Below the pieces are notes generated by a model. That model saw only the letters and a list, made by a program, of their open reading frames with translations. It was not told the origin of the DNA and did not search any database. A program made the translations under genes and the position numbers. From positions 27,456,001 through 27,520,000 of the forward strand of contig CP086569.2 in the NCBI GenBank assembly GCA_009914755.4: a stretch of DNA of 64,000 nucleotides, written 5' to 3'. Each line of letters opens with the position of its first letter. Position 1 is the first letter of the stretch. This document shows positions 40,645 through 54,980 of this stretch, piece by piece. The DNA comes from the human T2T-CHM13v2.0 reference genome, Homo sapiens.

Positions 40645-43513
40645 CCACATTGGTTAAACTGACATCGAATAATATCAAAAGAAATGTGGTGAAGTGGAGT
40701 GGAGTGTAACGAAATGGAGTGGAATGAAATTGAATGGAGTGGGGTAGATTGGAGTCTACTGGAGTGGAATAGAATGGAATGGAAAGGAATGGAATAGAAT
40801 GGAGTGAAGTGCAGTGCAGTGAAATGGAGTGGAAAGGAATGGAATGGAATGGAAGCAAATGGAATCGAAGTGAATCGCATCTAATGAAATTGATCGGAAA
40901 AAATGGAATGGAGTAGAATCGAAGAAGATGGATTCAAAAGGCAACAAATAGAATTGAATGGAATGCGGTGAGTTGGAGGGCATTGGAATGGAGTTGAATG
41001 GAATGGGGTGTAATTGAATTGAATGGAGTGGAGTGGATTGTAGTGGACTGGAGTGGAATGGAACGGAATGGGCAGGAATTTAATTGAAAGGGGTGAATTG
41101 GAATTGAGTGCTGTGGATTGGAGTAGACTGCATTGTAGTGGATTGGAGTGGAAAGAAGTGGAGTGGAATGGAATTGAATGCAATGGAGTGGGGTGGAATG
41201 GAATGGAGTGGAGTAGAATGGAATTTAATGGAGTGGAGTGGAATTGAGTGGAATGGAGAGTAATGGAGTGGAGTGGACTGGAGCGAAGTGGAGTGTAGTG
41301 CATTGGACTGTAGGGGATTGAAGTGGCTTGGAGTGCAATGGAGTGGAGTGGAATGGAATGTAATGCCATGGAATGGAATGGAATGGAATGTAGTGGAATG
41401 GAATCGAATCACATGGAACTGAATCAAATCGAATTGAATGAAATTGAATGGAAAAAATGGAATCCAATGGAATCAAATCGAATGGATTCGAATGACATTG
41501 AATGGAATCGAAATGAATGCAGTGAGGTGGAGTTGAGTGGAGTGGAGTGGAATGGAATGGGATGAATGGAATTGACTGGAGAGGAGTGGAATGGAATGGA
41601 ATGGAAAGCAATGGAATTGAACAAAATGGAGTGTAGTAGAATGTAGTGGATTGGAGTGGAGTGCCGGGGAGTGCAGTGAAATGAAGAGGATTGTAGTTGA
41701 ATGGAATGGAATGGTATGGAACGTACTGGAATGGAATGGATAAGAACGGAATGGAATGGAATCGCATGGAATTGAAAAGAATCAAATCGAATTGAATAGA
41801 ATCAAATGGAAAAAATGGAGGCAAATGGAATCGAATGTCATAGAATCGAACGGTTTTGAATGTCAGTGAATGGAAACGAATGGAATGCGATGAAGTGGAG
41901 CGGAGTGGAGTGGAAAGGAGTGCAATGGAATAGGGTGGAACAGAATTTAATGGAACAGAGTGGATTGGAGTGGACTGGAGTGGAATGGAAAGGGAAGGAA
42001 TGGGATTGAAAAGAGTGGCGTGCAGTGGAGTGGAGTGGCATGGAGTGGAGTGGAGTGGAATGGAGTGGAATGGAATGGAGTGGAATGGAGTGGATTGGAA
42101 TGGAATGGAGTGCAGAGGAATGGAATGGAATGGTATAGAGTGGACAGGAATGGAGTGGAGTGGATTGGAATGGAATGGAATGTAAGGGAATGGAACTGAA
42201 TGGACTGGAATGGAATGGAATAGAATGGAATCGCAGGGAATCAAATTGGATTGAATCGAATCGAATGGAAAAAATGAAAACAAATGAAATTGAATGGAAT
42301 CGAATTGAATGTAAACAATGGAATCCAATGGAGTCAAATGGAATCGAATCAAATGGTTTTGAATGGCATCAAATGAAATGACATGGAAGGCAGTGAATTG
42401 GAGTGGAGTGGAATAGAGAGGAATGAATTGGAATGGAGTGTAGTGGAATGGCGTGGATTCCAGTGGAGTGGAGTGGATTGGATTTGAATGGAATGGAATA
42501 GATTCTATTCGAGTGGTGCAGAGTGGAGTGGACTGGAGTGCAGAGGAATGGAGTGGAGTGAAGTCCAGTTGAGTGGAATGGAATGGAGTGGAGCAGAGTG
42601 GAATGCAAAAGAATGAAGTGGATTGTTATGGAATGGAATGGCGTGGAATGGCGTGGAATAGAATGAAATTAAATCGCATGGAATGATACCAAATCAAATC
42701 GAATCAAACGGAAAATTATGAATCCAATGGAATCGAAAGGATTCTAAAGGAATGGATTCGAAAGGCATTGAATGGAATGTAAAGGAATGCAGTGGAGTGG
42801 AGTGGAGTGGAATGTTTTAGAGTAAACTTGGGTGGATTGGAAATCTATGGAGAGGAGTGCAGTGAAGTGGATTGGAGTGGAATGGAGTGCAATGGACTGG
42901 AGTGGACTGGAATGGATTGGAGTGGAGTGGATTGGATCGGAGCGGAGTGCCGTGGAGTGGACTAGAGTGAGGTGGAGTGGAGTGCATTGGAGTGGAATGG
43001 AGTGGAGTGGGGTGCAACGGAATGGAATGGCATCAAATCGCATGGTAATGAATCAAATGGAATCAAATCGAATGGAAATAATGGAATCGAAGGCAAACGA
43101 ATGGAATCGAATTGCACTGATTCTACTGACTTCGAACAAAATGAAATGAAACGCGCTGAAGTGGAGTGGAGTGGAATGTATTGGGTGGAATGGAATAGAA
43201 TGGTGTGGAGTGGAGTGGAGTGCCCAGGAGTGGAATGGGAAGAAATGGAATTGAACGGAGTGGAGTGGAGTGGAATGGGGCATAATGGAGTGGAATAGTG
43301 TGGAGTGGAGTAGAGTGGAATAGGTTGGAGTGGAATGCAGAGGACAGGATTGGAGTGCGGTGGACTGGAGTGGAGTAGAGTTGAGTGGAGTGGAGTGGAT
43401 TGAAATAGAGCGGAGCAGAGAGGGATGGAATTGAATCACATGGAATTGAATCAAATCGAATGGAATTAAATCGAATGAAAAAATGGAATCAAATGTAAAC
43501 GAATGGAGTCAAA
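40645..43513 (+). repeat. HOR unit U12 (2869 bp, b type)
   Basis: ORFs 41225-42352 and 42832-43149 match U8 at an offset of 11502. The gattctattc variant lies at about 42496-42510. Confidence 0.85.
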
Positions 43514-46371
43514 CCACATTGGTTAAACTGAGATAGAATAATATCAAAAGAAATGTGGTGAAGTGGAGTGGAGTGTAACGAAATGGAGTGGAATGAAATT
43601 GAATGGAGTGGGGTCGATTGGAGTCTACTGGAGTGGAATGGAATGGAATGGAAAGGAATGGAATAGAATGGAGTGAAGTGTAGTGCAGTGAAATGGAGTG
43701 GAAAGGAATGGAATGGAATGGAATGGAATCAAATGGAATCGAAGTGAATCGAAGCTAATGAAATTGATCAGAAAAAATCGAATGGAGTCGAATCGAATAA
43801 TATGGATTCAAAAGGCAACAAATAGAATGAATGGAATGCGGTGAGTTGGAGGGCAATGGAATGGAGTTGAATGGAATGGCGTGTAATTGAATTGAATGGA
43901 GTGGAGTGGATTGGAGTGGACTGGAGTGGAATGGAACAGAATGGGCAGGAATGGAATTGAAAGGCGTGAATTGTAATTGAGTGCTGTGGATTGGAGTAGA
44001 CTGCATTGTAGTGGATTGCAGTGGAAAGAAGTGGAGTGGAATGGAATGGAAGGCAATGGAGTGGAGGGGAATGGAATGGAGTGGAGTAGAATGGAATTTA
44101 ATGGAGTGGAGTGGAATTGAGTGGAATGGAGAGTAATGGAGTGGAGTGGACTGGAGCGAAGTGGAGTGTAGTGCATTAGACTGTAGGGGATTGAAGTGGC
44201 TTGGAGTGCAATGGAGTGGAGTGGAATGGAATGTAATGGAATGGAATGGAGTGGAATGGAATCGAATCACATGGAACTGAATCAAATCGAATTGAATGAA
44301 ATTGAATGGAAAAAATGGAATGAAATGGAATCAAATCGAATGGATTCGAATGACATTGAATGGAATCGAAAGGAATGCAGTGAGGTGTAGTTGAGTGGAG
44401 TGGAGTGGAATGGAATGGGATGAATGGAATTGACTGGAGAGGAGTGGAATGGAATGGAATGGAAAGGAATGGAATTGAACGAAATGGAGTGTGGTAGAAT
44501 GTAGTGGATTGGAGTGGAGTGCAGGGGAGTGCAGTGGAATGAAGAGGAGTGTAGTTGAATGGAATGGAATGGTATGGAACGTACTGGAATGGAATGGATA
44601 AGAATGGAATGGAATGGAATCGCATAGAATTGAATAGAATGAAATCGAATTGAATAGAATCAAATGGAAAAAATGGAGGCAAATGGAATCGAATGTCATA
44701 GAATCGAACGGTTTTGAATGTCAGAGAATGGAAACGAATGGAATGCGATGATGTAGAGCGGAGTGGAGTGGAAAGGAGTGCAATGGAATAGGGTGGAAAA
44801 GAATTTAATGGAACAGAGTGGATTGGAGTGGACTGGAGTGGAATGGAATGGGAAGGAATGGGATTGAAAGGAGTGGCGTGCAGTGGAGTGGAGTGGCATG
44901 GAGTGGAGTGGAGTGGAATGGAGTGGAATGGAATGGAGTGGAATGGAGTGGATTGGAATGGAATGGAGTGCAGAGGAATGGAATGGAATGGTATAGAGTG
45001 GACAGGAATGGAGTGGAGTGGATTGGAATGGAATGGAATGTAAGGGAATGGAACTGAATGGACTGGAATGGAATGGAATAGAATGGAATCGCATGGAATC
45101 AAATTGGATTGAATCGAATCGAATGGAAAAAATGAAAACAAATGAAATTGAATGGAATCGAATTGAATGTAAACAATGGAATCCAATGGAGTCAAATGGA
45201 ATCGAATCAAATGGTTTTGAATGGCATCAAATGAAATGACATGGAAGGCAGTGAATTGGAGTGGAGTGGAATAGAGAGGAATGAATTGGAATAGAGTGTA
45301 GTGGAATGGCGTGGATTCCAGTGGAGTGGAGTGGATTGGATTTGAATGGAATGGAATAGATTGGATTGGAGTGGTGCAGAGTGGAGTGGACTGGAGTGCA
45401 GAGGAATGGAGTGGAGTGAAGTCCAGTTGAGTGGAATGGAATGGAGTGGAGCAGAGTGGAATGCAAAAGAATGAAGTGGATTGTTATGGAATGGAATGGC
45501 GTGGAATGGCGTGGAATAGAATGAAATTAAATCGCATGGAATGATACCAAATCAAATCGAATCAAACGGAAAATTATGAATCCAATGGAATCGAAAGGAT
45601 TCTAAAGGAATGGATTCGAAAGGCATTGAATGGAATGTAAAGGAATGCAGTGGAGTGGAGTGGAGTGGAATGTTTTAGAGTAAACTTGGGTGGATTGGAA
45701 ATCTATGGAGAGGAGTGGAGTGAAGTGGATTGGAGTGGAATGGAGTGCAATGGACTGGAGTGGACTGGAATGGATTGGAGTGGAGTGGATTGGATCGGAG
45801 CGGAGTGCCGTGGAGTGGACTAGAGTGAGGTGGAGTGGAGTGCATTGGAGTGGAATGGAGTGGAGTGGGGTGCAACGGAATGGAATGGCATCAAATCGCA
45901 TGGTAATGAATCAAATGGAATCAAATCGAATGGAAATAATGGAATCGAAGGCAAACGAATGGAATCGAATTGCACTGATTCTACTGACTTCGAACAAAAT
46001 GAAATGAAACGCGCTGAAGTGGAGTGGAGTGGAATGTATTGGGTGGAATGGAATAGAATGGTGTGGAGTGGAGTGGAGTGCCCAGGAGTGGAATGGGAAG
46101 AAATGGAATTGAACGGAGTGGAGTGGAGTGGAATGGGGCATAATGGAGTGGAATAGTGTGGAGTGGAGTAGAGTGGAATAGGTTGGAGTGGAATGCAGAG
46201 GACAGGATTGGAGTGCGGTGGACTGGAGTGGAGTAGAGTTGAGTGGAGTGGAGTGGATTGAAATAGAGTGCAGCAGAGAGGGATGGAATTGAATCACATG
46301 GAATTGAATCAAATCGAATGGAATTAAATCGAATGAAAAAATGGAATCAAATGTAAACGAATGGAGTCAAA
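43514..46371 (+). repeat. HOR unit U13 (2858 bp, chimeric: c-type head, b-type tail)
   Basis: The head (ORFs 43755-44285, 44331-44699, 44818-45057) matches the U9 head at offset 11502 to 11482. The tail (ORFs 45018-45239, 45602-45901, 45690-46007) matches the U8 tail at offset 14360. The switch lies at about 44.9-45.08 kb. Confidence 0.8.
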
Positions 46372-49248
46372 CCACATTGGTTAAACTGAGATAGAATAAT
46401 ATCAAAAGAAATGTGGTGAAGTGGAGTGGAGTGTAACGAAATGGAGTGGAATGAAATTGAATGGAGAGGGGTCGATTGGAGTCTAGTGGAGTGGAATGGA
46501 ATGGAATGGAAAGGAATGGAATAGAATGGAGTGAAGTGTAGTGCAGTGAAATGGAGTGGAAAGGAATGGAATGGAATGGAATGGAATCAAATGGAATCGA
46601 AGTGAATCGAAGCTAATGAAATTGATCAGAAAAAATCGAATGGAGTCGAATCGAATAATATGGATTCAAAAGGCAACAAATAGAATGAATGGAATGCGGT
46701 GAGTTGGAGGGCAATGGAATGGAGTTGAATGGAATGGGGTGTAATTGAATTGAATGGAGTGGAGTGGATTGGAGTGGACTGGAGTGGAATGGAACAGAAT
46801 GGGCAGGAATGGAATTGAAAGGCGTGAATTGTAATTGAGTGCTGTGGATTGGAGTAGACTGCATTGTAGTGGATTGCAGTGGAAAGAAGTGGAGTGGAAT
46901 GGAATGGAAGGCAATGGAGTGGAGGGGAATGGAATGGAGTGGAGTAGAATGGAATTTAATGGAGTGGAGTGGAATTGAGTGGAATGGAGAGTAATGGAGT
47001 GGAGTGGACTGGAGCGAAGTGGAGTGTAGTGCATTAGACTGTAGGGGATTGAAGTGGCTTGGAGTGCAATGGAGTGGAGTGGAATGGAATGTAATGTAAT
47101 GGAATGGAATGGAATGGAATGGAATGGAGTGGAATGGAATCGAATCACATGGAACTGAATCAAATCGAATTGAATGAAATTGAATGGAAAAAATGGAATG
47201 AAATGGAATCAAATCGAATGGATTCGAATGACATTGAATGGAATCGAAAGGAATGCAGTGAGGTGGAGTTGAGTGGAATGGAGTGGAATGGAATGGGATG
47301 AATGGAATTGACTGGAGAGGAGTGGAATGGAATGGAATGGAAAGTCATGGAATTGAAAAAAATGGAGTGTAGTAGAATGTAGTGGATTGGAGTGGAGTGC
47401 AGGGGAGTGCAGTGGAATGAAGTGGAGTGTAGTTGAATGGAATGGAATGGTATGGAACGTACAGGAATGGAATGGATAAGAATGGAATGGAATGGAATCG
47501 CATGGAATTGAATAGAATCAAATCGAATTGAATAGAATCAAATGTAAAAATGGAGTCAAATGGAATCGAATGGCATAGAATGGAACGGTTTTGAATGTCA
47601 GTGAATGGAAACGAATGGAATGCGATGAAGTGGAGCGGAGTGGAGTGGAAAGGAGTGCAATGGAATAGGGTGGAACAGAATTTAATGGTACAGAGTGGAT
47701 TGGAGTGTACTGGAGTGGAATGGAATGGGAAGGAATGGGATTGAAAGGAGTGGCGTGCAGTGGAGTGGAGTGGCATGGAGTGGAGTGGAGTGGAATGGAG
47801 TGGAATGGAATGGAGTGGAATGGAGTGGATTGGAATGGAATGGAGTGCAGAGGAATGGAATGGAATGGTATAGAGTGGACAGGAATGGAGTGGAGTGGAT
47901 TGGAATGGAATGGAATGTAAGGGAATGGAACTGAATGGACTGGAATGGAATGGAATAGAATGGAATCGCAGGGAATCAAATTGGATTGAATCAAATCGAA
48001 TGGAAAAAATGAAATCAAATGAAATTGAATGGAATCGAATTGAATGTAAACAATGGGATCCAATGGAATCCAATGGAATCGAATCAAATGGTTTTGAATG
48101 GCATCAAATGAAATGGCATGGAAGGCAGTGAATTGGAGTGGAGTGGAATAGAGTGGAACGAATTGGAATGGAGTGTAGTGGAATGGCGTGGATTCCATTG
48201 GAGTGGAGTGGATTGGATTGGAATGGAATGGAATAGATTGGATTGGAGTGGTGCAGAGTGGAGTGGACTGGAGTGCAGAGGAATGGAGTGGAGTGAAGTC
48301 CAGTTGAGTGGAATGGAATGGAGTGGAGCAGAGTGGAATGCAATAGAATGAAGTGGAATGGTATGGAATGGAATGTCGAGGAATGACGTGGAATAGAAAG
48401 GAATGGAATCGCATGGAACGATACCAAATCAAATCGAATCAAACGGAAAATTATGAATCCTATGGAATCGAAAGGATTCTAAAGGAAGGGATTCGAAATG
48501 CATTGAATGGAATGGAAAGGAATGCAGTGGAGTGGAGTGGAGTGGAATGTTTTAGAGTGAACTTGGGTGGATTGGAACTCTATGGAGAGGAGTGGAGTGA
48601 AGTGGATAGGAGTGGAATGGAGTGCAATGGACTGGAGTGGAGTGGAATGGATTGGAGTGGAGTGGAGTGGATCGGAGTGGAGTGCCGTGGAGTGGACTAG
48701 AGTGAGGTGGAGTGGAGTACATTGGAGTGGAATGGAGTGGAGTGGGGTGCAATGGAATGGAATGGCATCAAATCGCATGGTAATGAATCAAATGGAATCA
48801 AATGGAATGGAAATAATGGAATCGAAGGCAAACGAATGGAATCGAATTGCACTGATTCTACTGACTTCGAACAAAATGAAATGAAACGCGGTGAAGTGGA
48901 GTGGAGTGGAATGTATTGGGTGGAATGGAATAGAATGGTGTGGAGTGGAGTGGAGTGCCCAGGAGGGGAACGGGAAGAAATGGAATTGAAGGGAGTGGAG
49001 TGGAGTGGAATGGGGCATAATGGAGTGGAATAGTGTGGAGTGGAGTAGAGTGGAATGGGTTGGAATGGAATGCAGAGGACAGGATTGGAGTGCGTTGGAC
49101 TGGAGTGCAGTAGAGTTGAGTGGAGTGGAGTGGATTGAAATAGAGCGGAGCAGAGTGGGATGGAATTGAATCACATGGTATTGAATCAAATCGAATGGAA
49201 TTAAATCGAATGTAAAAATGGAATCAAATGCAAACGAATGGAGTCAAA
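46372..49248 (+). repeat. HOR unit U14 (2877 bp, a-type body with c-type head); copy 3 of the duplicated block begins about 47.1-47.16 kb
   Basis: Head ORF 46666-47163 is nearly identical to 32306-32803 (U9) and to the adjacent unit (43808-44176), not to the U7 head. From 47160 onwards the ORFs equal those of U7 at an offset of 20106. Confidence 0.8.
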
Positions 49249-52117
49249 CCACATTGGTTAAACTGACATCGAATAATATCAAAAGAAATGTGGTGAAGTG
49301 GAGTGGAGTGTAACGAAATGGAGTGGAATGAAATTGAATGGAGTGGGGTCGATTGGAGTCTACTGGAGTGGAATAGAATGGAATGGAAAGGAATGGAATA
49401 GAATGGAGTGAAGTGCAGTGCAGTGAAATGGAGTGGAAAGGAATGGAATGGAATGGAAGCAAATGGAATCGAAGTGAATCGCATCTAATGAAATTGATCG
49501 GAAAAAATGGAATGGAGTAGAATCGAAGAAGATGGATTCAAAAGGCAACAAATAGAATTGAATGGAATGCGGTGAGTTGGAGGGCATTGGAATGGAGTTG
49601 AATGGAATGGGGTGTAATTGAATTGAATGGAGTGGAGTGGATTGTAGTGGACTGGAGTGGAATGGAACGGAATGGGCAGGAATTTAATTGAAAGGGGTGA
49701 ATTGGAATTGAGTGCTGTGGATTGGAGTAGACTGCATTGTAGTGGATTGGAGTGGAAAGAAGTGGAGTGGAATGGAATTGAATGCAATGGAGTGGGGTGG
49801 AATGGAATGGAGTGGAGTAGAATGGAATTTAATGGAGTGGAGTGGAATTGAGTGGAATGGAGAGTAATGGAGTGGAGTGGACTGGAGCGAAGTGGAGTGT
49901 AGTGCATTGGACTGTAGGGGATTGAAGTGGCTTGGAGTGCAATGGAGTGGAGTGGAATGGAATGTAATGCCATGGAATGGAATGGAATGGAATGTAGTGG
50001 AATGGAATCGAATCACATGGAACTGAATCAAATCGAATTGAATGAAATTGAATGGAAAAAATGGAATCCAATGGAATCAAATCGAATGGATTCGAATGAC
50101 ATTGAATGGAATCGAAATGAATGCAGTGAGGTGGAGTTGAGTGGAGTGGAGTGGAATGGAATGGGATGAATGGAATTGACTGGAGAGGAGTGGAATGGAA
50201 TGGAATGGAAAGCAATGGAATTGAACAAAATGGAGTGTAGTAGAATGTAGTGGATTGGAGTGGAGTGCCGGGGAGTGCAGTGAAATGAAGAGGATTGTAG
50301 TTGAATGGAATGGAATGGTATGGAACGTACTGGAATGGAATGGATAAGAACGGAATGGAATGGAATCGCATGGAATTGAAAAGAATCAAATCGAATTGAA
50401 TAGAATCAAATGGAAAAAATGGAGGCAAATGGAATCGAATGTCATAGAATCGAACGGTTTTGAATGTCAGTGAATGGAAACGAATGGAATGCGATGAAGT
50501 GGAGCGGAGTGGAGTGGAAAGGAGTGCAATGGAATAGGGTGGAACAGAATTTAATGGAACAGAGTGGATTGGAGTGGACTGGAGTGGAATGGAAAGGGAA
50601 GGAATGGGATTGAAAAGAGTGGCGTGCAGTGGAGTGGAGTGGCATGGAGTGGAGTGGAGTGGAATGGAGTGGAATGGAATGGAGTGGAATGGAGTGGATT
50701 GGAATGGAATGGAGTGCAGAGGAATGGAATGGAATGGTATAGAGTGGACAGGAATGGAGTGGAGTGGATTGGAATGGAATGGAATGTAAGGGAATGGAAC
50801 TGAATGGACTGGAATGGAATGGAATAGAATGGAATCGCAGGGAATCAAATTGGATTGAATCGAATCGAATGGAAAAAATGAAAACAAATGAAATTGAATG
50901 GAATCGAATTGAATGTAAACAATGGAATCCAATGGAGTCAAATGGAATCGAATCAAATGGTTTTGAATGGCATCAAATGAAATGACATGGAAGGCAGTGA
51001 ATTGGAGTGGAGTGGAATAGAGAGGAATGAATTGGAATGGAGTGTAGTGGAATGGCGTGGATTCCAGTGGAGTGGAGTGGATTGGATTTGAATGGAATGG
51101 AATAGATTCTATTCGAGTGGTGCAGAGTGGAGTGGACTGGAGTGCAGAGGAATGGAGTGGAGTGAAGTCCAGTTGAGTGGAATGGAATGGAGTGGAGCAG
51201 AGTGGAATGCAAAAGAATGAAGTGGATTGTTATGGAATGGAATGGCGTGGAATGGCGTGGAATAGAATGAAATTAAATCGCATGGAATGATACCAAATCA
51301 AATCGAATCAAACGGAAAATTATGAATCCAATGGAATCGAAAGGATTCTAAAGGAATGGATTCGAAAGGCATTGAATGGAATGTAAAGGAATGCAGTGGA
51401 GTGGAGTGGAGTGGAATGTTTTAGAGTAAACTTGGGTGGATTGGAAATCTATGGAGAGGAGTGCAGTGAAGTGGATTGGAGTGGAATGGAGTGCAATGGA
51501 CTGGAGTGGACTGGAATGGATTGGAGTGGAGTGGATTGGATCGGAGCGGAGTGCCGTGGAGTGGACTAGAGTGAGGTGGAGTGGAGTGCATTGGAGTGGA
51601 ATGGAGTGGAGTGGGGTGCAACGGAATGGAATGGCATCAAATCGCATGGTAATGAATCAAATGGAATCAAATCGAATGGAAATAATGGAATCGAAGGCAA
51701 ACGAATGGAATCGAATTGCACTGATTCTACTGACTTCGAACAAAATGAAATGAAACGCGCTGAAGTGGAGTGGAGTGGAATGTATTGGGTGGAATGGAAT
51801 AGAATGGTGTGGAGTGGAGTGGAGTGCCCAGGAGTGGAATGGGAAGAAATGGAATTGAACGGAGTGGAGTGGAGTGGAATGGGGCATAATGGAGTGGAAT
51901 AGTGTGGAGTGGAGTAGAGTGGAATAGGTTGGAGTGGAATGCAGAGGACAGGATTGGAGTGCGGTGGACTGGAGTGGAGTAGAGTTGAGTGGAGTGGAGT
52001 GGATTGAAATAGAGCGGAGCAGAGAGGGATGGAATTGAATCACATGGAATTGAATCAAATCGAATGGAATTAAATCGAATGAAAAAATGGAATCAAATGT
52101 AAACGAATGGAGTCAAA
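49249..52117 (+). repeat. HOR unit U15 (2869 bp, b type)
   Basis: ORFs 49829-50956 and 51436-51753 equal the U8 and U12 ORFs at offsets of 20106 and 8604. Confidence 0.85.
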
Positions 52118-54980
52118 CCACATTGGTTAAACTGAGATAGAATAATATCAAAAGAAATGTGGTGAAGTGGAGTGGAGTGTAACGAAATGGAGTGGAATGA
52201 AATTGAATGGAGTGGGGTCGATTGGAGTCTACTGGAGTGGAATGGAATGGAATGGAAAGGAATGGAATAGAATGGAGTGAAGTGTAGTGCAGTGAAATGG
52301 AGTGGAAAGGAATGGAATGGAATGGAATGGAATCAAATGGAATCGAAGTGAATCGAAGCTAATGAAATTGATCAGAAAAAATCGAATGGAGTCGAATCGA
52401 ATAATATGGATTCAAAAGGCAACAAATAGAATGAATGGAATGCGGTGAGTTGGAGGGCAATGGAATGGAGTTGAATGGAATGGCGTGTAATTGAATTGAA
52501 TGGAGTGGAGTGGATTGGAGTGGACTGGAGTGGAATGGAACAGAATGGGCAGGAATGGAATTGAAAGGCGTGAATTGTAATTGAGTGCTGTGGATTGGAG
52601 TAGACTGCATTGTAGTGGATTGCAGTGGAAAGAAGTGGAGTGGAATGGAATGGAAGGCAATGGAGTGGAGGGGAATGGAATGGAGTGGAGTAGAATGGAA
52701 TTTAATGGAGTGGAGTGGAATTGAGTGGAATGGAGAGTAATGGAGTGGAGTGGACTGGAGCGAAGTGGAGTGTAGTGCATTAGACTGTAGGGGATTGAAG
52801 TGGCTTGGAGTGCAATGGAGTGGAGTGGAATGGAATGTAATGGAATGGAATGGAATGGAATGGAATGGAATGGAGTGGAATGGAATCGAATCACATGGAA
52901 CTGAATCAAATCGAATTGAATGAAATTGAATGGAAAAAATGGAATGAAATGGAATCAAATCGAATGGATTCGAATGACATTGAATGGAATCGAAAGGAAT
53001 GCAGTGAGGTGTAGTTGAGTGGAGTGGAGTGGAATGGAATGGGATGAATGGAATTGACTGGAGAGGAGTGGAATGGAATGGAATGGAAAGGAATGGAATT
53101 GAACGAAATGGAGTGTGGTAGAATGTAGTGGATTGGAGTGGAGTGCAGGGGAGTGCAGTGGAATGAAGAGGAGTGTAGTTGAATGGAATGGAATGGTATG
53201 GAACGTACTGGAATGGAATGGATAAGAATGGAATGGAATGGAATCGCATAGAATTGAATAGAATGAAATCGAATTGAATAGAATCAAATGGAAAAAATGG
53301 AGGCAAATGGAATCGAATGTCATAGAATCGAACGGTTTTGAATGTCAGAGAATGGAAACGAATGGAATGCGATGATGTAGAGCGGAGTGGAGTGGAAAGG
53401 AGTGCAATGGAATAGGGTGGAAAAGAATTTAATGGAACAGAGTGGATTGGAGTGGACTGGAGTGGAATGGAATGGGAAGGAATGGGATTGAAAGGAGTGG
53501 CGTGCAGTGGAGTGGAGTGGCATGGAGTGGAGTGGAGTGGAATGGAGTGGAATGGAATGGAGTGGAATGGAGTGGATTGGAATGGAATGGAGTGCAGAGG
53601 AATGGAATGGAATGGTATAGAGTGGACAGGAATGGAGTGGAGTGGATTGGAATGGAATGGAATGTAAGGGAATGGAACTGAATGGACTGGAATGGAATGG
53701 AGTAGAATGGAATCACAGGGAATCAAATTGGATTGAATCGAATCGAATGGAGAAAATGAAATCAAATGAAATTGAATGGAATCGAATTGAATGTAAACAA
53801 TGGAATCCAATGGAGTCAAATGGAATCGAATCAAATGGTTTTGAATGGCATCAAATGAAATGGCATGGAAGGCAGTGAATTGGAGTGGAGTGGAATAGAG
53901 AGGAATGAATTGGAATGGAGTGTAGTGGAATGGAGTGGATTGGATTGGAATGGAATGGAATAGATTGGATTGGAGTGGTGCAGAGTGGAGTGGACTGGAG
54001 TGCAGAGGAATGGAGTGGAGTGAAGTCCAGTTGAGTGGAATGGAATGGAGTGGAGCAGAGTGGAATTCAAAAGAATGAAGTGGATTGGTATGGAATGGAA
54101 TGGCGTGGAATGGCGTGGAATAGAATGGAATGGAATCGCATGGAATGATATGAAATCAAATCGAATTGAACGGAAAATTATGAATCCAATGGAATCGAAA
54201 GGATTCTAAAGGAATGGATTCGAAAGGCATTGAATGGAATGGAAAGGAATGCAGTGAAGTGGAGTGGAGTGGAGTGGAATGTTTCAGAGTGAACTGGGGT
54301 GGATTGGAACTCTATGGCGGGGAGTGGAGTGAAGTGGATTGGAGTGGAATGGAGCGCAATGGACTGGAGTGGAGTGGAATGGATTGTAGTGGAGTTGAGT
54401 GGATCGGAGTGGAGTGCTGTGGAGTGGACTAGAGTGGGGTGGAGTGGAGTGCATTGGAGTGGAATGGAACGGAGTGGGGTGGAATGGAATGGAATGGAAT
54501 CAAATCGCATGGTAATGAATCAAATGGAATCAAATCGAATGGAAATAATGGAATCGAAGGGAAACGAATGGAATCGAATTGCACTGATTCTACTGACTTC
54601 GAGGAAAATGAAATGAAATGCGGTGAAGTGGAATGGAGGGAATGTATTAGGGTGGAATGAAATTGAATGGTGTGGAGTGGAGTGGAGTGCCCAGGAGTGG
54701 AATGGGAAGAAATGAAATTGAACGGAGTGGAGTGGAGTGGAATGGGGGATAATGGAGTGGAGTAGAGTGGAGTGGAGTAGAGTGGAATGGGTTGGAGTGT
54801 AATGCAGAGTACAGGAGTGGAGTGCGGTGGACTGGAGTGGAGTGGAGTTGAGTGGAGTGGATTGGATTGAAATAGAGCGGAGCAGAGTGGAATGGAATTG
54901 AATCACATGGTATTGAATCAAATCGAATGGAATTAAATCGAATCAAAAAATGGAATCAAAAGCAAACGAATGGAGTCAAA
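52118..54980 (+). repeat. HOR unit U16 (2863 bp, c type)
   Basis: The 491-aa ORF 52359-53834 is identical in translation to 32253-33728. Tail ORF 54299-54616 is c type. Confidence 0.85.
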
